In this document: one piece after another, positions 10,344 through 18,981 of the stretch | Layout of the letters: each line of letters begins with the position of its first letter | Position numbering within the stretch: position 1 is the stretch's first letter | Source: Candidatus Bathyarchaeota archaeon | GTDB lineage: Archaea; Thermoproteota; Bathyarchaeia; Bathyarchaeales; Bathycorpusculaceae | Direction: 5' to 3' | Assembly (NCBI GenBank): GCA_963833575.1 | Contig: CAWHXY010000004.1 | Location: 960,001-1,024,000 of the forward strand | Length of the DNA: 64,000 nucleotides | Program-made: the position numbers and the translations under genes | Notes under the pieces: model-generated | Databases searched by the model: none | What the model was told of the DNA's origin: nothing | The model's input: only the letters and a program-made list of their open reading frames with translations

Positions 10344-10547
10344 ATGAGTGAAGAAGGCGACACATTCTGGGTATCGCTTATGGAAAAATTCTTTGGCGTA
10401 ATATTACTTATAATTGGCGGATTAATGATCTATTTCACAGCCACAAGCACAACCGAACTCGGTGATTTCAGCGTATTCTTTGGCGTCATAAGCGTAGTAA
10501 TGCTTATTATCGGTCTGTTTTTGCTTTTGGTTAGAGCGCCTGAATAA
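10344..10547 (+). CDS. Small two-TM membrane protein
   Basis: 67 aa, two hydrophobic helices, purine-rich RBS. Confidence 0.7.
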   Translation: MSEEGDTFWVSLMEKFFGVILLIIGGLMIYFTATSTTELGDFSVFFGVISVVMLIIGLFLLLVRAPE

Positions 10548-10688
10548 ACCAATTTGTTTCCTTTAATCACTCGAATTAGATTTTACTCCTCACCACAAAA
10601 CAAATCTAAAGAAAAAAAACACCCATTATCATTTATTAACCAAAAAACCATTTAGTTCATAGAAAAAATTTATTCAGAAGGATTAAAC

Positions 10689-12476
10689 ATGCCAACCCGT
10701 CAACCAATAGTATGCGTACTTGGACACGTAGATGCAGGAAAAACATCACTTCTTGACGAATTGAGGAAAACTAGCGTTCAAGCGCGTGAAGCCGGAGGCA
10801 TGACTCAGCACATCGGCGCAAGCTTCTTCCCCGTGGAAACCCTCAAGCAACTTATCGGACCATATCTCTCTAACTTCAAAACAGGCATAGAAATCCCCGG
10901 CTTACTCATCGTTGATACGCCCGGGCACGAAGCGTTCACTAATCTTCGGCGTAGAGGCGGAAGTGTCGCTGATATAGCGATTCTTGTCATAGATGTTTTG
11001 AAAGGTTTCGAAGCTCAAACTTTTGAATGTATAGAAATTTTAAAAGCTCGCAAAACTCCCTTCATTGTGGCTGTTAACAAGATAGATCGAATTCCAGGCT
11101 GGACTCCTCAGCAAGCTGCTCCATTTCTGAAGTCTTATGCATCCCAATCAAGTTTTGTTCGTGAGGCATTAGATAACCGTTTATACCAAGTTATGGGCGA
11201 GTTTTCCCGCTTATCGTTTAAAACTGATCGTTTTGACCATATTCGAGATTTCACCGTTAACGTTGCTTTAGTACCGGTTAGCGCAAAAACTGGCGAGGGC
11301 TTATCTGAACTAGTTATGGTTTTAGTTGGGTTAACTCAGCAGTTTCTTACTAAGCGGTTGCAGACAACTGAGGGTGCAGCCAAGGGGTCAGTGCTGGAGG
11401 TTAAAGAGGAGCCTGGCTTAGGTTTAACATTAAACGCAATTGTTTATGATGGCACGTTACATAAGGATGATCTGATTGTTGTCGGTGGCCGAGACGGAGC
11501 TATTTCAGCTCGGGTTCGGGCAATTCTGGTGCCAAAACCTTTGGATGAGATGAGGGATCCTCGTGACAAATTTACTTCCGTCGATTGCGTTATTGCCAGT
11601 GCAGGTGTTAAGGTAGTAGCTCCAGGTTTAGAGGGCGCATTAGCGGGGGCGCCCCTTTTTGCTGTGCCATCTGGCGAAGACCCTGCAAAATACTGCAAAC
11701 TCATCACTGAAGAGATAGGCAGAATTCGAATTGCAAAAGAGATTGAGGGAGTTATTGTTAAAGCTGATACGCTTGGCTCGTTAGAGGCAATGGCGGAAAT
11801 TTTGAAGACCAACAATGTGCAGGTGCGAATTGCCGATGTTGGGGATATTAGCAAGCGAGATGTAATTGAGGCGTCTGTTGTAAAAACGCGCGAGCCATTG
11901 GTCGGCGCAATCTTAGCATTCGGCGTTAAAACATTGCCTGATGCACAAGAGGAAGCTACAGCAAACAATATTCCAATTTTTAATCAACCGATCATATACA
12001 ATTTAATAGACTCATACTTGCAGTGGGCTAAAAACAAACGCGAAACCAAGAGCGAAGCAGAATTTGAGGCGCTAGTGAAACCTGGAAAAGTCAGGGTCTT
12101 ACCTAATTGTATCTTCCATAGAGCTAAACCATTAGTCGTAGGCGTGGAAGTGCTAGGAGGACGATTAAAACCAAAATATGGACTTATGCGTGCTGAAGAT
12201 GGAAGCGATTTAGGCGAAATTGATCAGATTCAAGACCAAGGCAAAGCAGTTCCTGAAGCCAAAGTTGGCATGGAAGTCGCAATTTCAATGGATAAGCCAA
12301 TCGCTGGCAGACATATATTTGAAAGAGATTTGTTATTTGTGAAAGTGCCTGAGAAAGATGCACAAGCATTGCAGAAAGCTCATGCTGATGACTTAACCGC
12401 TGATGAACAAGAAGTGCTAAAAGAATACATCAATCTTATGAGAAAGAAGGTTCCTTTCTGGGCAGGCGTCATGTAA
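10689..12476 (+). CDS. infB: Translation initiation factor aIF5B (IF-2)
   Basis: 'RQPIVCVLGHVDAGKT', 'EAGGMTQHIGA', 'DTPGHEAF', 'NKID', 'SAKTGEG', 'KADTLGSLEA'. Confidence 0.98.
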   Translation: MPTRQPIVCVLGHVDAGKTSLLDELRKTSVQAREAGGMTQHIGASFFPVETLKQLIGPYLSNFKTGIEIPGLLIVDTPGHEAFTNLRRRGGSVADIAILVIDVLKGFEAQTFECIEILKARKTPFIVAVNKIDRIPGWTPQQAAPFLKSYASQSSFVREALDNRLYQVMGEFSRLSFKTDRFDHIRDFTVNVALVPVSAKTGEGLSELVMVLVGLTQQFLTKRLQTTEGAAKGSVLEVKEEPGLGLTLNAIVYDGTLHKDDLIVVGGRDGAISARVRAILVPKPLDEMRDPRDKFTSVDCVIASAGVKVVAPGLEGALAGAPLFAVPSGEDPAKYCKLITEEIGRIRIAKEIEGVIVKADTLGSLEAMAEILKTNNVQVRIADVGDISKRDVIEASVVKTREPLVGAILAFGVKTLPDAQEEATANNIPIFNQPIIYNLIDSYLQWAKNKRETKSEAEFEALVKPGKVRVLPNCIFHRAKPLVVGVEVLGGRLKPKYGLMRAEDGSDLGEIDQIQDQGKAVPEAKVGMEVAISMDKPIAGRHIFERDLLFVKVPEKDAQALQKAHADDLTADEQEVLKEYINLMRKKVPFWAGVM

Positions 12477-12537
12477 GGACTCACGTTGTAACAGCTCATA
12501 TTTGCCAATGCTGGGTTAACGGGTTCTTGAGATTCTT

Positions 12538-12840
12538 TTATCCTCCGCCTACTGGCGGAAGAATAGCTAAGACGTCACCATTTTTTAACTCAGTTTCTAG
12601 CCCGCTTAGTGTTGAGGTAGCAGTTCCGTTTATGAGGAACTGAAGGAAATTTTTAGGTTGCTGCGTTTTGCCGTTGTAAACATATTCTGTGAAGGGGGTG
12701 CCATATTTTTGCGAGAGGGTTTTAAGAACCAAGTTAACTGTAACATTCTCGCGTTTTGCAAAGTACAGAGTCTCTTCTCTTTTGTTCACGATTTCTCTTA
12801 GACTTGTGAAGAAACGAACTTTTATTTCTACCATTCGCAC
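12538..12840 (-). CDS. MoaD/ThiS/SAMP ubiquitin-like sulfur carrier
   Basis: 'VRFFTSLRE', 'FLING', 'LKNGDVLAILPPVGGG' with C-terminal GG. Confidence 0.92.
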   Translation of the reverse strand: MRMVEIKVRFFTSLREIVNKREETLYFAKRENVTVNLVLKTLSQKYGTPFTEYVYNGKTQQPKNFLQFLINGTATSTLSGLETELKNGDVLAILPPVGGG

Positions 12841-13274
12841 ACAGCAGTTATATATGAAAAAATTGTGAAAAATAACCCTTCCGCAGAATCATTATTACAT
12901 CCTGAATTTCTTTAATAGACAAAAGGATTGACTGAGGCTCTGGAACAGTCTTTAGGAGAAAAGAATGCAAAACACGAAACATGAATATCGTGAATTTTCT
13001 CCAGAGCTTCTCAGCCAATAATGTAAATTTAGCAAACGAGCTATATATATTTTTTTCATAATTAAGCCAGAATTGGAAAAGAAATAAAGTAGTGTTCAAT
13101 TCTTGATTCAAAAAGAAGAAGAAACAAGTTGAAAAAGGAAAAAGTTGAATCATTTAAGATCTGAAATGGATTGACGTGACATTTCACATCTATTTTTGAA
13201 ATAGAAAATAATTTGGGCAAGAAACAGTTATACATTTAATACATACCAAAAAAACTGTACGTAGGTCTGGGAAA

Positions 13275-14042
13275 TTGAAATTAAGTCTGTCTAACGGACT
13301 CTTTAGCAAGCTAAGCATAAAAGAAAATTTCGAAACTGTTAAACAACTTGGTTTTAAGAACGTTGAGTTTAATATGAAGTCAATAAAGAAAGAACACGAC
13401 ACGGATGTTTATCGTGAAAAAAAAGCTTTGATAGATTCTGGACTAAATTGTTTAACGCTGCATTCTGCCAGCCTACATGTAAAAGATCCTATCGAGGTTC
13501 ATCAGGCTGTATATTACGGCAAAATCTCACTTGAGTGCGCCGTCGCCCTGAATGCGCCACTTATGACCATACACTCGAACGTTTCGAAGAAGTTGCCTCA
13601 TAATGTCAGAGAAAGGTGCCTAACGGAAATTTTTAATGACGAAATCAAGCCACTCGCAAAAAAGTTGGGTATAAAGTTGGCATTGGAGAATCTCTCATAT
13701 ACGTCCACGGGGTTTGGCAAGAACGTGGAGCAGCTGGAAGAAGTACTTGGAGTTATAGGTGAAAGCAGTATGGGGATAACTTTTGATTTGTGTCATGCGC
13801 TGGAAACAAAGCAAACAGACAATCTGCTAGAGAAATATGGGCGGCGTATCTGCAACGTTCACATGGCAGACAAAGCGCATAAGCCATTCATAGAGCCAAA
13901 AAAAGAATTAACCGCATTTTTGGGCAAACTGCATGACTTCGGGTATTCTGGTCCAATAACACTGGAGCTGGTGCATACAAGCAGCATGGACGAAATTGCT
14001 AAAAGTAAGGCACTCTTCGATAAGCTTTTGCGAGAATTTTAG
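13275..14042 (+). CDS. Sugar phosphate isomerase/epimerase family (AP-endonuclease-2 TIM barrel)
   Basis: Metal motifs 'ALENL', 'FDLCH', 'VHMAD', 'ITLE'. Confidence 0.85.
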   Translation: MKLSLSNGLFSKLSIKENFETVKQLGFKNVEFNMKSIKKEHDTDVYREKKALIDSGLNCLTLHSASLHVKDPIEVHQAVYYGKISLECAVALNAPLMTIHSNVSKKLPHNVRERCLTEIFNDEIKPLAKKLGIKLALENLSYTSTGFGKNVEQLEEVLGVIGESSMGITFDLCHALETKQTDNLLEKYGRRICNVHMADKAHKPFIEPKKELTAFLGKLHDFGYSGPITLELVHTSSMDEIAKSKALFDKLLREF

Positions 14043-14053
14043 TTCTTAAATGA

Positions 14054-14812
14054 CTACATAAGCGCTTTTTGCACAAATGTCTGTGTTGCATAGCCCCCTC
14101 CCATGAATTCGGTTAGGGTCAAGTTGTCCGATGGTAGCTCGGCTGTGCCTAAAACGAAAGAAGGATGCTTCTCTAAGCTTACTTCTCGTGTATAAGTGGT
14201 TTTGCTAAAGGCTAATACTGTGTTTGCTTTTGAGCAAGTTATGTCTTGAAGTAAATTGCTTCTTTTATTGTCTGAGCAAGGTAAGTAAGTTGCAATTATG
14301 ATTATACGATGTTTTCTTGCGAAGCTTGAGAGATAACTGATAATTTGACTGTAAACTCTTACAGCTTCTTCATTAGGAACATCACTGCCTAAAAAGAATC
14401 CTGCTATGTCGGAAATCACTACTAGTTTGGCCTTATATTTTTGTATGGTTTCTTCTAGCTTATCTAGTATAAGCGAAGTTAACTGATAAGCGGTAAAAGC
14501 TCTTGAAATAAAGATGCGTTCAAGCACTTGCCTTGGGTTTAAGTCGTGAAGTTGGGCTAAACGGGCGATTTTGTAGAGCCTAAACGTGTTTCCACCATCA
14601 ACAAAAACAACATTGCTTCCTAAACCGCCAAGCTGCGTTGGCAATTGTGCGCGGATGCAGAGTAAAGAAGTTAATGAAATAACTGATGGTGACCCATAAA
14701 GCACGGCGAAGTCGCCTGGCGCAAATCCTGGGAAAAGCTCGTCTACACCGGGCATGTTTAAAGAAAATAGTGGTTGAACTAATGTAGTAGGTTTAACGAT
14801 TAAATTTTGCAA
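14054..14812 (-). CDS. RadA/Rad51-like paralog with degenerate Walker A
   Basis: 'QLP...GGL..NVVFVDGGNTF', 'IFISRAFTAYQL', 'LVVISDI'; P-loop reads 'YGSPSVIS' with no GKT. Confidence 0.85.
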   Translation of the reverse strand: MQNLIVKPTTLVQPLFSLNMPGVDELFPGFAPGDFAVLYGSPSVISLTSLLCIRAQLPTQLGGLGSNVVFVDGGNTFRLYKIARLAQLHDLNPRQVLERIFISRAFTAYQLTSLILDKLEETIQKYKAKLVVISDIAGFFLGSDVPNEEAVRVYSQIISYLSSFARKHRIIIIATYLPCSDNKRSNLLQDITCSKANTVLAFSKTTYTREVSLEKHPSFVLGTAELPSDNLTLTEFMGGGYATQTFVQKALM

Positions 14813-14934
14813 TCTCTTCGTTCTCCATGTTCAAGACAAAGAAGGAGGTACGGTTCTTACCCTTTTTAAGGCATTGAAGAAACAACATTACAGAGCAGGG
14901 GAGGGTAAAGTGAAAGTGAAAAAGGCTTAAGCAC

Positions 14935-15150
14935 TTAGGCAGCGGCTTGCTTAGTTTCTTTTTCCATTCTTAACATTTGGGTTGCTAAAGTAATCAGAAA
15001 AATTACTACAAACACTATAACTGCCATCCCGACCTTATACGTGAGATCTATGTTAACATAAAAAAGCGCAAAAACAGCCACAAGCATCAATGCTAAAACC
15101 AGCACTTCTTGAACGCCGCTAAAGATTTTTGGTCCAAAACTCATTTTCAT
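14935..15150 (-). CDS. Small two-TM membrane protein
   Basis: 71 aa, two hydrophobic segments. Confidence 0.65.
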   Translation of the reverse strand: MKMSFGPKIFSGVQEVLVLALMLVAVFALFYVNIDLTYKVGMAVIVFVVIFLITLATQMLRMEKETKQAAA

Positions 15151-15323
15151 TCACCAATATTTCCAAAACCCTTGCGTAAGCGTAAGATATTAATTTTCTG
15201 CCTATTGTTGCCAAGAAATCCCTGCATTTTGAGCTTAAAGATGAAAATAAATCTGTATAATGTTTTGATGCACGAGTTAAATACTGTTGCTTCTGTTCCG
15301 TAATTAACCTCAATAATTGGAAA

Positions 15324-15625
15324 TTGCTCAAACTATACTTGATAGTCTTAGCCGCATTGCTAGGCGGTCAGCTCATGGCTAGAAGTCAAGAAGCGCATAA
15401 CCATCGCGTTTCGCTCTCAATACCCCAACTTAAGCGCAGTTTATCCGAGGAATTCATGGTTGAAACTGACGGCTTAGCCTTCTCTAAATTGAAAAAAAAT
15501 ATAAAGCGCCAAATAGGAAAATTTACCAGCTTACGGATGCGGGGATGAACCGAATTCGCGAGCTTGCAGCAACTCCGATTAGACTACTCGGAGCGGAGTT
15601 AGAAAATCTGAGGCAGATGTGTTGA
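15324..15625 (+). pseudogene. Frameshifted PadR-family regulator
   Basis: Fragments in different frames: 'LIVLAALLGG', 'AHG', 'EVKKRITIAF...LSAVYP', 'PNRKIYQLTDAGMNRIRELA'. Confidence 0.75.
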
Positions 15626-15757
15626 CCACTCATAATGTATTTTTCCATATCATCTCAAACGAGGAGAGTTGCTCAGTTACCTGTTGATGTTGTGCGTAAA
15701 CATCGTTTTGGTTGGTAAACTTTTTAGGGAAGTCTTGATACACCAAGAAGACTTTTA

Positions 15758-17473
15758 GTGAAATTTATGGTCGAGTACAAGTGGGTTGCGCTTTCGAATA
15801 CGACTCTTGGCATGTTGATGGCTTCAATAGATAGCACCATCGTTATGATTGCGCTGCCAGCTATTTTCCGAGGAATAAACATTGATCCCTTCTCATCTTT
15901 CCAGTATATGCTTTGGATACTTTTTGGGTACAGCATAGTTACTGCCACATTACTTGTGACATTCGGTAGACTGTCCGACATGTTTGGGCGCGTAAAACTC
16001 TATAACCTTGGATTCGCCATATTCACACTTGGCTCAATACTGCTCTCAATAACACCTAATCAAGGAGACGCAGGAGCAATCGAATTAATAGTTTTCAGAA
16101 TAATTCAGGGAATCGGCGGAGCGTTCCTATTTGCAAACAGCGCCGCAATATTAACTGATGCATTCCCAAGCAATGAACGTGGAAAAGCGCTTGGAATAAA
16201 CCAGATTGCTTTTCTCGCCGGCTCATTAATTGGTTTGATTCTTGGCGGTGTACTAGCGATTATCAATTGGCGGCTAGTGTTTTTGGTAAGTGTCCCAGTT
16301 GGAGTGATAGGTACCATTTGGTCATACTTGAAGCTTAAAGAACAAGGCAATATCAAGAAACACCAGAAACTGGATATATGGGGCAACATTGCTTTTGGCG
16401 GCGGCTTAACATTGGTTTTAACAGGTTTTATTTACGGTTTGATACCGTACGGAAACTCGTCTATGGGCTGGACGAATCCATGGGTCGTTGCTTCCCTTGT
16501 CTCAGGTGTTAGTCTCCTAGTTGCTTTTCCATTCATAGAAAATCATGTTTCTGAGCCCATGTTTAGGCTTGATCTGTTTAAGATAAGAGCGTTTACTGCA
16601 GGAAACCTTGCTTCATTTTTCAGTTCAATGTCAAGAGGGGGAGTCATGATCATGCTTATAATATTGCTTCAGGGAATTTGGCTTCCACTTCACGGCTACA
16701 GCTTTGATTCAACGCCATTTTGGGCTGGAATTTTTATGATACCAATGTCCATTGGTTTTGTCTTAACTGGACCGATTAGCGGCTGGCTCTCTGACAAACA
16801 TGGTGCAAGGCTGCTTGCTACTGCTGGTATGATAATCTCTGCAACTGCATTCATAGGATTCGTTTTGCTTCCAGTCGATTTCATTTACTTAGCATTTGCC
16901 TCTGTGCTTTTTGTTATGGGAATTGGCGGCGGAGTGTTTGCATCTCCTAACATGGCATCGATAATGAACTCAGTTCCTGCAGAATGTAGAGGCGCTGCAT
17001 CTGGAATGCGCGCAACCATTCAGAATAGTGCAATGATGATAAGTCAAGCCGTATTTTTCACAATCATAATAGTTTCGCTTAGCGCCACTCTTCCAGGTGC
17101 ACTTTCCGCCGCCGTGACTAGCGCGGGCGCTTCTCCACAGATTGCACATATCTTCAGCTCAACACCAGCTTCAGGAGCATTATTTGGAGCATTTCTAGGC
17201 TACAATCCAGTTGCAACCATACTTCATACACTTCCAGCATCAGTCATTAGTTCCATACCCACTGCAACAATGACTTATCTTACGGGATCGACGTTTTTCC
17301 CAAATGCAATTTCAAGTCCATTCATGACAGCGCTTAGAGAAGCATTCATTATCGGCGCGGCAATGTGCATTTTAGCAGCAGTTTGCTCTGCATTCAGAGG
17401 GGGAAAATACGTTGATGAAGGACCAAGTGCAATAAAAAATGGGCAAAATATTGCTTTAAAACAAAACGTTTAG
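15758..17473 (+). CDS. MFS transporter, DHA2/EmrB-QacA family
   Basis: 'SIDSTIV.IALP', 'GRLSDMFGR', 'RIIQGIG', 'ERGKALG', 'WRLVFLVSVPVG', 'GWLSDKHGAR'. Confidence 0.95.
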   Translation: MKFMVEYKWVALSNTTLGMLMASIDSTIVMIALPAIFRGINIDPFSSFQYMLWILFGYSIVTATLLVTFGRLSDMFGRVKLYNLGFAIFTLGSILLSITPNQGDAGAIELIVFRIIQGIGGAFLFANSAAILTDAFPSNERGKALGINQIAFLAGSLIGLILGGVLAIINWRLVFLVSVPVGVIGTIWSYLKLKEQGNIKKHQKLDIWGNIAFGGGLTLVLTGFIYGLIPYGNSSMGWTNPWVVASLVSGVSLLVAFPFIENHVSEPMFRLDLFKIRAFTAGNLASFFSSMSRGGVMIMLIILLQGIWLPLHGYSFDSTPFWAGIFMIPMSIGFVLTGPISGWLSDKHGARLLATAGMIISATAFIGFVLLPVDFIYLAFASVLFVMGIGGGVFASPNMASIMNSVPAECRGAASGMRATIQNSAMMISQAVFFTIIIVSLSATLPGALSAAVTSAGASPQIAHIFSSTPASGALFGAFLGYNPVATILHTLPASVISSIPTATMTYLTGSTFFPNAISSPFMTALREAFIIGAAMCILAAVCSAFRGGKYVDEGPSAIKNGQNIALKQNV

Positions 17474-17522
17474 CCTAACAGTATTTTCAGTATGTTCATT
17501 TAAGAGAACCTTTTACATCAGC

Positions 17523-17660
17523 AGGGATATTTATGACTTAAGTTGTTTCAATCGATGTCAATCAAAGGTTTTTGATGGAGAAATTATGGTTCTGAACTGT
17601 TAGGTCGCTGTTATTATAGATGGCGAGGTGCCTGTTGGAATAGTCACTAAAAGAGAATAA
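17523..17660 (+). pseudogene. CBS-domain gene remnant
   Basis: 'RD(I)MT*VVSID' and 'VAVIIDGEVPVGIVTKRE*' (17604-17660) match the CBS consensus V.d..k.VGIVT.RD. Confidence 0.55.
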
Positions 17661-17774
17661 ATAATTAATTTAGGGCTTGCCTTATTCTATGCCGCTATTT
17701 CTCGAAAAGACTTTAGGATAAAAAACTCTATCAACAAGAAAGTGGAGAATAAAACTCCATGTTGAATTTCTACC

Positions 17775-18065
17775 CTATAGCTTTGTGAGAGTTATCTCTA
17801 TAGTGGAAACCATTCGAGACCTGTTTTCGCCTTCTCTTGGTGGCATCTCCGCTGTTCCAATAGCTACTTTTGTCACTTTAAGGTCTTTTATGAAGCGGTT
17901 TCTTGTGATTTCTGAGCAGTCAACTGCGGTCGTTATTGCTTGGCCTCTTGCTTTCAGAGTAATTTCTTTGTTTACGCCAGAAGAGAATGCGGTTATGATG
18001 GCGAGCACATAGCTCATGGGTGGTTTGTTTCCGACGAAGATTACGTCGCTAGGTTTTTCTGTCAT
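17775..18065 (-). CDS. albA: DNA/RNA-binding protein Alba
   Basis: 'IFVGNKPPMSYVLA', 'KARGQAITTAVD', 'VSTIEI.L'; ATG 18065 preferred start. Confidence 0.96.
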   Translation of the reverse strand: MTEKPSDVIFVGNKPPMSYVLAIITAFSSGVNKEITLKARGQAITTAVDCSEITRNRFIKDLKVTKVAIGTAEMPPREGENRSRMVSTIEITLTKL

Positions 18066-18249
18066 ATTCTTGTCACTTCTCCATGTCAAATGATTCCGTC
18101 TCGTATATGGCTAATGCCGTTTTAGCGGTGGCTACCATGACCTTCCAAAAATAAGGGGCATATTGGGAAAGGATAGTCGAAAAATAACATATCAGAACAT
18201 ATAAAAATCAAATAAATAAATTCAAACATATCTACTCAATACCGCCAGT

Positions 18250-18812
18250 TTTTGAAAGGCATCTGCTATATCAATGATACAATGCAAACTTTAACCGAAA
18301 ACTTTTTCAGGAAATTTTTGCAAGCGCCAAGTGAGACATTAAAAATAAGTCGAATCGACATCAACGACAACATATCACCATAATTTCCCAGTCAAAGGAC
18401 ATTACCCAGAACCAATCCAAATCTCGATCAAAATCATCGCGATGCTATATTCACTAACAAAAGAATCAGAGCGATTCTTTTCGAAACATACGGAATTATG
18501 TCAAGCAATCAACACACGAATCCGAAAAAGATTGCGAAACAGTTCACAAAAATTCGCGTCCCCCCCCCCCATTGAATTAAGACGCTTCAGATACTGGAGA
18601 GGAAAAAACTATGTTTGCACATTATCTTAAACAGTTATGTTCTGAAAATCCAGAAAAATTCTAAGACACAAACGGGCTGACCGAATGATGAAGTATAGTT
18701 CAGATGCTTAATCTAGAAGATGACGAGTTTGAGGTAACAAGACAAACAACAATCGATGAAATCGAAAGCTGGGCTTGGTAGGCTGGTTAAAATACTGCGA
18801 AATTGTCGTTAG
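18250..18812 (+). pseudogene. Decayed tyrosine recombinase/integrase (catalytic and C-terminal part)
   Basis: Broken frames give 'FPVKGHYP..IQIS.KIIAMLYSL.K.SERFF', 'RIRKRL', 'IELRRFRYW', 'ILRHKRADRMMKY', 'QMLNLEDDEFEVT...IDEI'; boundaries approximate. Confidence 0.7.
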
Positions 18813-18981
18813 TGAAAAGCACATTAATTTCTACAAAAAACCAAAAAAATTTTCAAACGCTTAAGCTGATCGCTGTCTCAAAAGTATACTTATAAAAACA
18901 GTAGCATATGTATAAGCTTTTATACGTATGTTGATGAGATGTTAAAATAATGTTAATTGCTTCCGTGAGGATAAAGACTAA

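Noticed and set aside
10689-12476. Intein in aIF5B
   Set aside because: Length (595 aa) and motif spacing are normal; no intein splice-junction motifs.
12848-13260. 101-aa Phe-rich minus-strand ORF or possible pseudogene between SAMP and the TIM-barrel gene
   Set aside because: Composition reflects A-rich intergenic DNA; no family motif recognisable in any frame.
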